Virus record (IMG/VR): IMGVR_UViG_3300027861_000018
Location: 22,269 to 86,268 of that record
DNA length: 64,000 nt
Source of the DNA: a virus
Strand: one strand, 5' to 3'
Shown here piece by piece: positions 46,710 through 55,461 of this stretch (positions are counted from its first letter, which is position 1; every line of letters begins with the position of its first letter). Below the pieces are notes generated by a model. The model was not told the origin of the DNA and made no database searches. It worked only from the letters and a program-made list of their open reading frames with translations. Position numbers and translations under genes: made by a program.

Positions 46710-48589
46710 GTCACCCAGACAGCATCAATGAACGGCCCGTCAGTGGCGCCCAAGCTGGCCCAAGGCGCTTGATTGATTGGCAACAGATCCATGACCTGAT
46801 ACCTCCACTGGTCACCTTCGCTTTGAGGTGAGCCCATCTTCATGATGCCAATGGCCATGCCCTGATCCAAGAGCAAAAATGGCCGACCGTCTGTGTTCAC
46901 CTCTGCTGCAAGCACAATGCTGTCCTCCGCTCCAGACAGGAGGTCAATGCCTGTGCTGGCTTCAACAAGCACCCCCGGCATCGCCTTGTTGCTTGCTTGC
47001 GCCTTCAAGACATTGACTGCCTTATCCCTCAAGCTCTTGAGAGCGGTGACTTGCTGCCCTACCTCGTTGGGACTGGCCTTGTTCTGAACCGCCTCAGCCA
47101 TCTGAACGCTGAATGGAATGTCGAGGTTGATTGCTGAATCCAGTGGCGGCATCTTGGCGCCCATGATGTCCTCGATCATGCTGGTGGCTCTGCGCGGGGT
47201 CATGGCCCCAGACCGCTCTGCCGCCGCCATGACCTTGATCATGTCTTCATCATCTGTCACATTGGGGCCGTTGGAGCGATAGATGTGATGGTGAACCCCC
47301 TTGTAGCGCAACACACGATTCCACTGCCAGTCTTCCTCGGCGCGCTCAGGGGCAAACACTTGCTCGTCAGCAATACGGCGACTGGACTCCACGTTATTGG
47401 CCGTGTACTCCCCCGCCATACCAACTAGCACTTCTGGCAACCTGAATGAGCGACGCACCTTGCTGGCATTGCCGTCCTCATATCGCTGGAACATTGCATC
47501 ATCTGTCTGCAGCTGGGCAAGCGGCTTGGCGTCAATCCTCACTTGGCCGCCGCCAACGTCTGACACATCAGGGTCTGCCTCGATGACTAGGAAGCGACTA
47601 CGATTGTTGCTATCTTGAATGATCGTCTTGGTGAAGTCCTTGATGCGATTGATGGTGCCATCTGTGAGCTGGCCGTTTGACACCAGCAAGAGCATCGATG
47701 GGATGTTGTTGTTCTTGATTGTTGTGTAGTTGATGGCCTCTGCGGCGCGGCCGCCCAGGATTGCATAGAGGTTGCCGATGTAGCGCGGCAACCCATACGG
47801 GCTGCGCGAGCGCCCCAGGCGCAAGTGAATCATTGAATTCGCCAGAGGCTCACCTGCCTCAATCTGATCAGGGGTGAGGACCTCTCCTGTCGCACGACTG
47901 ATGGCGCGCGGGTCACCCAACTCCTTGAACCAAGTCAGCTTGCTGGTGACTCCGCTCTTGGTCAACTGCACGTGGCGACGGAAGCGACGCCGGCGCTTGA
48001 CGCCAACAATGCGGCGGCGAGCCCCGCGCCCCACGGCGCGAATGTCTGTGTACACTGTACCTTTCTTGTCCATTCGAGACAGGCGCATCTGATAAGCAGG
48101 GATGTGATTGTAGCCGATGATGTCCCCGCCCTTGGTCTCTATCAACTCCAGCCACGCATTGCCCGTGCCTTCCATGTCCTCGCGCAAGAGCTTGCGAACC
48201 GCTGTGTGGCTTTGATTCTGCCAATCGCCGTAAGTCAGGAACTCATGGGCACTTTCCCACTCTTCTTCCACAGCAAGTGGCAAATCCTTCGACTCGCGCC
48301 CCATGCCGTCGAGCAACTGAAATCCAAATCCGCAGATGTTCGTCGCCATGGCTTCGATGCACTGGCCAAGCTCGCTGTTCTTTTCCCTGAATAGGGTCAA
48401 CGCGAACAGGTTAAATGGCGGCTTGATCGTCTTGTTATTGGTTTGGCCTTCCAGCGTCTCCCACACGGACTCATGGCTGACACCGCGCTCTGATGCCGCC
48501 TTCTCCACATCAACGTCGGCCTCAATGACCAACACGCGCTGCTTGCGAGTAGTTTTGGCGACCGTATTGGCTGCATTCATTTTGGACAT
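46706..48589 (-). CDS. Portal protein (PBSX-like) with C-terminal extension
   Basis: IKPPFNL; TGNAWLE; SPYGLPRY; FRLPEVLVG; EQVFAPE; position after the terminase large subunit. Confidence 0.9.
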   Translation of the reverse strand: MSKMNAANTVAKTTRKQRVLVIEADVDVEKAASERGVSHESVWETLEGQTNNKTIKPPFNLFALTLFREKNSELGQCIEAMATNICGFGFQLLDGMGRESKDLPLAVEEEWESAHEFLTYGDWQNQSHTAVRKLLREDMEGTGNAWLELIETKGGDIIGYNHIPAYQMRLSRMDKKGTVYTDIRAVGRGARRRIVGVKRRRRFRRHVQLTKSGVTSKLTWFKELGDPRAISRATGEVLTPDQIEAGEPLANSMIHLRLGRSRSPYGLPRYIGNLYAILGGRAAEAINYTTIKNNNIPSMLLLVSNGQLTDGTINRIKDFTKTIIQDSNNRSRFLVIEADPDVSDVGGGQVRIDAKPLAQLQTDDAMFQRYEDGNASKVRRSFRLPEVLVGMAGEYTANNVESSRRIADEQVFAPERAEEDWQWNRVLRYKGVHHHIYRSNGPNVTDDEDMIKVMAAAERSGAMTPRRATSMIEDIMGAKMPPLDSAINLDIPFSVQMAEAVQNKASPNEVGQQVTALKSLRDKAVNVLKAQASNKAMPGVLVEASTGIDLLSGAEDSIVLAAEVNTDGRPFLLLDQGMAIGIMKMGSPQSEGDQWRYQVMDLLPINQAPWASLGATDGPFIDAVWVT

Positions 48590-48591
48590 CC

Positions 48592-50025
48592 TTAAATCAA
48601 GCCCACTTCTTCAGTACGGCGTTGGCGCTGCTTCTTGAAAGCGGTTGTTATTGCCAAGTCCAGGGCATCAAACACATCTTTGTAACGGCCGCCAGGGAAT
48701 TGCAAAAGGTGGTCCACCAATTGATTCCACACACTCTTGCAGATATGGATGCGCCCTTCCTCGAAACGCGCCGCCATGCGGTGCGCCCGAGTGACCTTGT
48801 CCTTGGTTGTGATGATCGGGATGAGGACCATATCGGGCCGATCATCCTTCAGCTTCTGGTACTGGGCATCCTGGTAGGCGTTGGTTTCTATCCCGAATGT
48901 GACAATGCGCTTCTTTTCACACACGCCGCCCATGCCGGTGTCCCACCAGTCCTTGATTTTCTTGGTCTGATTGCTAAAGCCCAGATGCGCCGTGTATAGC
49001 GCTGTGACCCAGATATCTGCGCCCAATACGGCAATGCCGACCATCGCAAACAAATCATTGGTCTCAGCTGTCTTGATCGCCAGATCAATGCCCGCATAGC
49101 ATCGTGCCTTTATTGGCACATCCCCGATATTGACGGGCTCGCCCATCCAATCAATATCAAATATCTCGCCACGCATTGCTTCAGTGTCGCACTGAAACTG
49201 GCTGTTGAAGATGACCAAGCCCAGCTTTTCCCGCTTGTCTCTGAAGTATGCGGCTGAATACTTTTCTGGCCATGGGCTTCTGCCATTCCCATCCAGAGCT
49301 GGGATGATCTGGTGACTGGTCGACATCTCGTTGGCAATGAGATGGCCATAGAGGTCGCTGAAGTGATATCGCGTTCCAAACAGGTGGAGCGAGCAGTGAG
49401 GCTCCATCGTCGGGTGCATCACCTTGTAGTACCAAGTGGTGGTGGTCTTTCGGCCGTGAGCCGTCCGACTATTGTCCTCATCCACAAGGTCGTCGCCAAA
49501 CACGTGATCAAAGTGCTTGCCGATCAGCTGGCCGCCAATGCCCACGCATGCGACAGTCGGTTCCTTCATCGGTCTATCGCGACCCGTGACCATGATCTCA
49601 GAATCAGTCCACTTATCCTCGCCGACCAAATCGCCAAAGACCTCCCTGAAACGCTCATTCTCCTCAAAGTGTTGCTTGATCTCCCTAAGGATGTCTGTGG
49701 CAAATCCTTGCGTTTTAGAGACTATGAGGATGCGCGTGTTGCGGTCCTTCAGAATCTTGTGGATGATTGAGACAATCTCCACAGACGTTGTCTTGCCGGC
49801 GCCACGAAATGCCAGTTGCAGCGAGTGGCGCTTGGTCAAGCAATAATGGAGCATGGACTTGTGGAACGGTTGAAGCTGGTATCCCAACACCTCCTCTGAG
49901 AGGATGTCCACCCGGTCATTGTCCATCACCTGACGCCTGATCCACTCATTCTGAGCTTCACGCGCCTGGAGCCACTTCTGCGTCAACTCATCCCGCGAGA
50001 CGCTCTCACCTCCGACGATCATCAT
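48592..50025 (-). CDS. terL: Terminase large subunit
   Basis: Walker A AFRGAGKT; GKHFD..FGDDLVD; GTRYH; nuclease AGIDLA, IETNAYQ and DVFDA. Confidence 0.93.
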   Translation of the reverse strand: MMIVGGESVSRDELTQKWLQAREAQNEWIRRQVMDNDRVDILSEEVLGYQLQPFHKSMLHYCLTKRHSLQLAFRGAGKTTSVEIVSIIHKILKDRNTRILIVSKTQGFATDILREIKQHFEENERFREVFGDLVGEDKWTDSEIMVTGRDRPMKEPTVACVGIGGQLIGKHFDHVFGDDLVDEDNSRTAHGRKTTTTWYYKVMHPTMEPHCSLHLFGTRYHFSDLYGHLIANEMSTSHQIIPALDGNGRSPWPEKYSAAYFRDKREKLGLVIFNSQFQCDTEAMRGEIFDIDWMGEPVNIGDVPIKARCYAGIDLAIKTAETNDLFAMVGIAVLGADIWVTALYTAHLGFSNQTKKIKDWWDTGMGGVCEKKRIVTFGIETNAYQDAQYQKLKDDRPDMVLIPIITTKDKVTRAHRMAARFEEGRIHICKSVWNQLVDHLLQFPGGRYKDVFDALDLAITTAFKKQRQRRTEEVGLI

Positions 50026-50140
50026 GCAACACCGCCTTGCCGACAGAGCGCCACGCAGGAGGGCGCTGTGCGGCGCACCTGGGTATCTGGCTGAGCATCG
50101 CCCTCGGATGCCGAGGCGAGCAGATGTGCCAGGGAATTGA

Positions 50141-50605
50141 TCACTGCTCTGAAACGCCGCCCAACCACGCATTGGCGCCCTTGTCTGCGTCCCCACTCCA
50201 GGTGCCTGTATCTGTGAGCAGCCTGATGTAGGCGCGCTCCATGCCGGCAATCTCGACAATGCCGCCATTCTTGGGATAGTCAGCATCTGTGTTTGCGATG
50301 GTCACCGTGCCATTGGTCCCAAGGCGCGTGTCAAGACGCCACCGGCGAGCATTCTTGTCAAACAACCACAGCTGAAAGTCGACGCCTGATGCCGTTGCAG
50401 CCACATCAAGCAGCTCAACAAGGTAGTGAAGCCACCGCGCCCCACGGGTGTTGAACCCCTCCAACTTGGCAGTCAAGCTGGTCGGGTCTGTAGGCTCTGC
50501 CATGTCGCCAGCAACTGCGACATCATAGTTGGCAATGACCCTGCGATCATCGCCAGCATCAGCGTCAGGCTTGATGAGCGAGGTTGGTGTGCCGGGCTGA
50601 GACAT
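50141..50605 (-). CDS. Hypothetical (probably virion) protein
   Basis: AGGAG RBS before the ATG at 50605; beta-rich composition. Confidence 0.6.
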   Translation of the reverse strand: MSQPGTPTSLIKPDADAGDDRRVIANYDVAVAGDMAEPTDPTSLTAKLEGFNTRGARWLHYLVELLDVAATASGVDFQLWLFDKNARRWRLDTRLGTNGTVTIANTDADYPKNGGIVEIAGMERAYIRLLTDTGTWSGDADKGANAWLGGVSEQ

Positions 50606-50624
50606 GATTTGACTCCTGGAAGCG

Positions 50625-51062
50625 CTACAGCGCTGTGCGTTGGAAATGCACGTCAACAAAGCCGACAGGCGTGCCGCCCATCTTGCTCGTGGCCTGCAGC
50701 ATAAGATAGTCACCGCGCAACACATACATGAGGGCCGTGCTGACAAAGGCAAATGCCAAAAAGCCAAAATCCCCGCCACCATTGGCGAGGCTGGCGCTGG
50801 CAATTAGGGTGAAGGCGCCCTGGCGATTACGATACAACTCCAGGGCAGTTGTGCCTGAATTACCGTCAACGTCTTGATGGAGGTGAATTGCGTCCAACCA
50901 CCCATTCTGAGGAATGTTGACACGACCGTATTCAGCCATTGCCGCAGCCTCATGGACCCCCGGAACGCCCGCAAGGGCCACATCTTTAGTGATCGGCAAG
51001 TTGAACCATTCTGTGGATGGATAACCCTTTTGCGGGTCGCCAATGCGATGGTACTCGCCCAT
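50625..51062 (-). CDS. Hypothetical (probably virion) protein
   Basis: TAATG coupling; jelly-roll-like composition. Confidence 0.6.
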   Translation of the reverse strand: MGEYHRIGDPQKGYPSTEWFNLPITKDVALAGVPGVHEAAAMAEYGRVNIPQNGWLDAIHLHQDVDGNSGTTALELYRNRQGAFTLIASASLANGGGDFGFLAFAFVSTALMYVLRGDYLMLQATSKMGGTPVGFVDVHFQRTAL

Positions 51063-51757
51063 TACTTGCGCGCCTTGCGTCGCACGGGCTTGGGCGCCTC
51101 AATCGGCTCGGCCAGAATGACCTCGCCCGGATCATCCCGATACACGCTGTCCATTGAAGGAGGGCTCATATCTGAAAAGGATGCGCCCCCATATTTTGAG
51201 ATCAGCGCCTTAGTGGCCATCGCGGTTGAATGGATGTGTGACAGCAGCTCGCGCTCTGTGAGCTGAGCGACTAGCAGACCCCCAATGACTTCGTGGCGCT
51301 TGGCTGCTCGCGGGATCACCCCAACCTCTTGACCGCGGTCAAACAGCTTGTCAAGCAGTTGAGCTCGCGCTCGACGAGCATTGGTGGCGGCAGCAAACTG
51401 CTTCCCCTTAACCGCCTTGGCGCCAATGTCAGCCAAGGCGTGCACATCATCCATCACCATCAGGCGGTGCTCAATGTACAGCTCTTCAGGCGGGCGATGG
51501 CTGAGCGTCGCCTGTTCCTTGCTGATGATGACCCGCTTGTATTGTGCGAGCTTGGCCGGGCTGACGCCGAACTCGATGCACATGGAATCATCATCCCAGC
51601 CCAACGCCATCATCATCCTGACGTGGGCGGTGCACTCGCGCACGCATTCCAATGCTGTCGGCTTGCGACCTTGACGGCCGTGCTCCCGAATGATGTCAGC
51701 TTCTAACCTGACCTCAACAGGGCGTGATGATGGCGTGGTAGTGGCGGTTGGCGTCAT
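51062..51757 (-). CDS. Putative terminase small subunit
   Basis: N-terminal HTH-like WDDDSMCIEFGVSPAKL and helical core (GQEVGVI); upstream of terL. Partly inferred from synteny. Confidence 0.5.
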   Translation of the reverse strand: MTPTATTTPSSRPVEVRLEADIIREHGRQGRKPTALECVRECTAHVRMMMALGWDDDSMCIEFGVSPAKLAQYKRVIISKEQATLSHRPPEELYIEHRLMVMDDVHALADIGAKAVKGKQFAAATNARRARAQLLDKLFDRGQEVGVIPRAAKRHEVIGGLLVAQLTERELLSHIHSTAMATKALISKYGGASFSDMSPPSMDSVYRDDPGEVILAEPIEAPKPVRRKARK

Positions 51758-51852
51758 AGCCCCTACCATAACCTAGAATGTCGCACTCGGGCCATGACCA
51801 AGTGCGACACTATGAGGGCGTCCATCCAGCCAAGCTGGATGGCGACAGCCAA

Positions 51853-52848
51853 TCAGACTTGGGTGGCGCTGATCTCCAGCTCCAGAAGGACGGCTGACGG
51901 CTCGGCGCTTCCATCTTCCTGGGTCACCAGGACGCCCAGCTTGTCGCCATCAGCGATTGCCAAGCTGATCGTCCAACTGTCTGTGCGCTGGTCCTGCGCA
52001 AAAGTCAGCTCACCACTGTGAGCGCCGGTGGTGTAGTTCATCAAGATGAACTTCACATCAGCAGTCGTGTGAAGCGTCGAAGCGCCGTCACAGAGGCGAA
52101 GGCCAGTGATGGTGCCGGCGCAGGGCGCTGTCCAGCCGTCAGTCGGTGTGATGATGTCGTGCTCGGTCGCGTCAAGCAGGCCCACTGTGGTCATGTTGGC
52201 AGCCTTGCCCGAAGCAATGCCTGCCTTGACCCAGTATGCGTGCACGCCGTCCACAGTGGTCTTGGCCCAGTCGGTGGGCGGCACAAAGGACATGGCGCCG
52301 TCACGCTCACCGAACTCAGACCCATCTTGGACAGAAGCCTCGCTGCCATCATAGGCAATGGTCAGCGCAGACCAAGCAGAGCCGTCCCAGTAAAACCACT
52401 CAGTCACCGCAGTGGAGTCATACACCGCGGGAGTGACGTAATTGAAGCCCATCTCACAGAAGGGCAGGGTGTGGCCGAAGTAGGCATAATCAGTCTCTGC
52501 CACCGGCGTGTCCGGAAACAGCTGGTATGCCGCCGTGTAGCCTGCCTCTGCCGCGCTGAGCGAGAGGTCGGCGAACACGGCATCATCCTCCACCTTGGCA
52601 TAAGTTGCCCCGGCTTCAGTTGCTGTGGCGTCAGTTCCAACGAGGCCAGCCCCATTGGTGTTGACGCCATCAACGTCCACGCCCCAGGCGCCGAACACGG
52701 CCATGGCGTGAACTACCTTGGCATTGTTGTTCGCTTCAGATTGAAGCTCGATGATGAGGTCAACGATGGATGAGCCAGCGCCTGGGCCGTGGCCGATTCC
52801 AGCCCCCAGTCCGCTGTACTTGTGTTTGTCGGCGACGGTGATTGCCAT
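51853..52848 (-). CDS. Virion structural / decoration-like protein
   Basis: Thr/Ala/Asp-rich; WFYWDGSAW...DWAKTTVDGVHAYWV module shared with the baseplate protein. Confidence 0.6.
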   Translation of the reverse strand: MAITVADKHKYSGLGAGIGHGPGAGSSIVDLIIELQSEANNNAKVVHAMAVFGAWGVDVDGVNTNGAGLVGTDATATEAGATYAKVEDDAVFADLSLSAAEAGYTAAYQLFPDTPVAETDYAYFGHTLPFCEMGFNYVTPAVYDSTAVTEWFYWDGSAWSALTIAYDGSEASVQDGSEFGERDGAMSFVPPTDWAKTTVDGVHAYWVKAGIASGKAANMTTVGLLDATEHDIITPTDGWTAPCAGTITGLRLCDGASTLHTTADVKFILMNYTTGAHSGELTFAQDQRTDSWTISLAIADGDKLGVLVTQEDGSAEPSAVLLELEISATQV

Positions 52849-52922
52849 GCTCGGTTCCTCCAGTGGATGAGCGTGATTGTGATCAAGGTGTGCGAGCTAG
52901 AGCGCTTGGCGCCCCTGGCTCT

Positions 52923-53219
52923 TCACTCCGCGGCCACGAACCAGGTGCGCTCGGAATCCACATTCAGGTCAGTGTCAGTCCCGACAGTGAAGCCGGTGGA
53001 GGTCAGCGTCACGGCTTGAGTCGTGACGAAGCTGCTGGTGCCGGCCTTCTGCTTTGCACAGCTGGCGGCAGCCATGCCTTCGATGTGCTCAGCAAACACA
53101 GCGTCATCCTGATTAAACAGGCGGACGGAGCGCGGCTTGAAGCCGACCTTGCTGATAGTGATGAGCACGCCGGTGCCGATGAAGCTGCCGACAACGGTGC
53201 GTGAACGGCCAGAAGCCAT
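52923..53219 (-). CDS. Small virion structural protein
   Basis: VGFKPRSVRL...GFTVGTDTDLN..TWFVA; AGGAG RBS. Confidence 0.6.
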   Translation of the reverse strand: MASGRSRTVVGSFIGTGVLITISKVGFKPRSVRLFNQDDAVFAEHIEGMAAASCAKQKAGTSSFVTTQAVTLTSTGFTVGTDTDLNVDSERTWFVAAE

Positions 53220-53296
53220 GATGACTCTCCTGTCAGTGTGGTCGTCAGCCGACCACGTTGAGTTCAGTCTGGACGGGCTGGCCCGTCAGCTGAGGG

Positions 53297-53326
53297 AGCC
53301 TAACCCGCTCCTGGTCACCCCGTCAA
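53297..53326 (-). promoter_or_regulatory. Sigma70-like promoter TTGACG-N18-TAGGCT followed by a two-hairpin leader
   Basis: Intergenic, upstream of the structural genes; hairpins GACGGGC/GCCCGTC and GTGGTCG/CGACCAC. Confidence 0.45.
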
Positions 53327-53741
53327 GCCTATCAAACTGTCCACCATCATTCTGGCAGCGCCGGGCGCTGTTGCGGGATGGTGGCCGGCGCTTGAGTCAG
53401 AGGTGGTCAGACAGGAGCGCGATAGAGGGCGTGGTGAGCCACCTTGGATACCAGGCCACCGTGTTTTGCTTCGCGCTCGCGCATAACGTCGCTATAAGAA
53501 GAGAATAGAAAGAATAAACTAACTATAGGGGGTGGACCCCCACCCCTGTCTCAAATTCCTACTCCTACCCACTTCAACCCAATCGGGCAATGGATGTCCA
53601 TTGAATCGCACTGGGAACAACTTACCCTTACCCCATCCACCACCTCTGGAAGGGCTTTAGCGACCAATCTGACCATTTAGGAATGCTTGGTCAATCACCA
53701 AGGCAGACAGCGGTCACTGGGGGTCTTGGCCCATGAGGCCG

Positions 53742-53957
53742 TCACGCTCCTTCTGCTAGCGCCCAAACAATGGATCTGCCCACTTTGCGATCAGTGCGCT
53801 TCACAAGTCCCTGAGCCAACAGGTGGTTCAGGGCAGAATTGACGCGGGTGCCCTTGCCGGTCAGTCGACCCAGCAATTGGGCGCTGGCTTCTCCGCCCTC
53901 ACGCTTCAGAGCTAGCAGCACTCTGGACCCAAGCGTGGGCTGGTTGGTCAATCTCAT
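53742..53957 (-). CDS. Small winged-helix DNA-binding protein
   Basis: RVLLALKREGGEASAQLLGRLTG..RVNSALNHLLAQGLVKR...VWAL; ATGA overlap. Confidence 0.7.
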   Translation of the reverse strand: MRLTNQPTLGSRVLLALKREGGEASAQLLGRLTGKGTRVNSALNHLLAQGLVKRTDRKVGRSIVWALAEGA

Positions 53958-54340
53958 ATAGTCCTTCTTGTTGAATCGGCGCCAAGCGAGATGACCACAC
54001 CCAGCTTCCACCTTTGGACGATCATCGCAAGATTCCTCAGGTCAACCCAATTCTCATACAGAATCATGTCAATCACCGAGCTGCTCACGTCATCCGCTTG
54101 ATGCCAAGCGTGAAAGATGCCTGATGGCGCTTTCTTGCCATTCCAGGCAAGCACGAGTGCTCGTGGCATGAGACCTTGCATAGGCCCAGAATAAAGCCTC
54201 CACACCGAGGCGCCAATTCGAATGTCCGTGCCTGAAATGGCAATGGGAGGGCGGGCCCCCACCAAACTTTCGCGCAGCAAGCTACGCGGGTCACCCTTCT
54301 CTGGGATCAACAAAACGCCTGATGGCTCCTGATGTCTCAT
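53954..54340 (-). CDS. Hypothetical protein
   Basis: ATGA overlaps at both ends; GAGGAGG RBS. Confidence 0.6.
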   Translation of the reverse strand: MRHQEPSGVLLIPEKGDPRSLLRESLVGARPPIAISGTDIRIGASVWRLYSGPMQGLMPRALVLAWNGKKAPSGIFHAWHQADDVSSSVIDMILYENWVDLRNLAMIVQRWKLGVVISLGADSTRRTI

Positions 54341-54516
54341 TTGCGCCCAACCTCCTCATCTTCACAGACAACACTTTCGAGGAGGCACGGATCAACGAGC
54401 GATTCCTGCTCTGATTCTGGCATGAACTTCAAGCCGCCAGGCAAGCCCATGGCTGTCAGAACGACGAGAATGATCACGAGCACGATGTGCGGCGTGAGAG
54501 GGTGATTGTGGTCCAT
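54337..54516 (-). CDS. Small membrane protein (59 aa)
   Basis: Manual translation MDHNHPLTPHIVLVIILVVLTAMGLPGG...; AAGGAG RBS; below the ORF-track cutoff. Confidence 0.6.
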   Translation of the reverse strand: MDHNHPLTPHIVLVIILVVLTAMGLPGGLKFMPESEQESLVDPCLLESVVCEDEEVGRK

Positions 54517-54539
54517 TCTTCAGCACTCCTTGAGCAGGT

Positions 54540-54722
54540 TCACAGCATTGGCGGAGACATTGGCGGAGGCGGGGGCATTATGCTGACCTCGGCTGTTATG
54601 GTGACTTGCGCCGGGACGGTGCCGTGATCAATGCCCGCGATGACATTGCTGCAAGGCGCTGCGCTTTCGCGCTCAGGTGCGCCTGGAGCAAAGCGGTTCC
54701 GGAGGTCGTCAAGACTACTCAC
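54540..54722 (-). CDS. LDDLRNRF-motif protein C (60 aa, Pro-rich tail)
   Basis: GTGA overlap with the upstream stop; SSLDDLRNRFAPG. Confidence 0.55.
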   Translation of the reverse strand: MSSLDDLRNRFAPGAPERESAAPCSNVIAGIDHGTVPAQVTITAEVSIMPPPPPMSPPML

Positions 54723-55123
54723 ATCAGCACCCAAGCAATCCCAAGCTCCAGATAGTCGCGCCGGAGTCGCTTGTTGCGCATCGTGTGCGCGGTTCTCATG
54801 GCTTCAGCTTTGCTGCGATGATATGACTTGGAATTGTGCTTCATTTTGGACGCATCAAGACATTCTGAAATGTCATTGATCGCACCCCAGTGCGCCTGCA
54901 CTATCCAGTCGCGACGTGCGCCGAGTGCTGGCGGGGTGATGATGGTGATGACGCGGATGTGATAGCCCTTCCAGGTCTTGACCTTGCCTTCAGCGTAAAA
55001 GCCTGTTGAGAACCAAATCTTGGTAGCTTCAGCTTCAGCTGCAAGCGGAAGAGGCGGTGGCGCTGACACAAGTGCAGCACCTGGAGCAAAGCGGTTCCGG
55101 AGGTCGTCAAGACTGGGAGGCAT
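54719..55123 (-). CDS. LDDLRNRF-motif protein B with WGR-like domain
   Basis: AAGGAGG RBS, ATG at 55123; WIVQAHWGAI...SKAEAMRTA..MRNKRLRRDY. Confidence 0.65.
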   Translation of the reverse strand: MPPSLDDLRNRFAPGAALVSAPPPLPLAAEAEATKIWFSTGFYAEGKVKTWKGYHIRVITIITPPALGARRDWIVQAHWGAINDISECLDASKMKHNSKSYHRSKAEAMRTAHTMRNKRLRRDYLELGIAWVLM

Positions 55124-55460
55124 CGCGCACCTCCTTTGTCTCATAATGTGAGTAGCCGCTTATCAATGCTCTGTTGGTGAGAGTCTGCGCAGCTAAGATG
55201 GCGCTGGCCAAGGTGTCATATGATGACGTCGTCCTGCCTGAGAAGTTTCTCCAATCCAGACAGTCTGAAGGGCGGCAGATCAGGCCGCTATAGTGCTCAA
55301 CGCCCCAACCGCGTTCACGCCAAATGACGCGGATGTGGTGCCCTGTTGGTGAGGGGCCCACCGCCCAAAGGCTGGCAGCAAGCGGAAGAGGCGGTGCCGG
55401 CTTGGCGTGGGTGATTTTGCCAAGCGTGAAGCGGTTGCGAAGGTCATCGAGCTTGGTCAT
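55107..55460 (-). CDS. LDDLRNRF-motif protein A, paralogue of B (WGR-like)
   Basis: MTKLDDLRNRF; shares PPLPLAA, HIRVI and S(D/E)CLD with B; ends ALISGY. Confidence 0.65.
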   Translation of the reverse strand: MTKLDDLRNRFTLGKITHAKPAPPLPLAASLWAVGPSPTGHHIRVIWRERGWGVEHYSGLICRPSDCLDWRNFSGRTTSSYDTLASAILAAQTLTNRALISGYSHYETKEVRDASQS

Positions 55461-55461
55461 A

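Noticed and set aside
50026-50286. N-terminal extension of the terL ORF
   Set aside because: Overlaps the upstream gene and reads as non-protein-like; the ATG at 50025 fits better.
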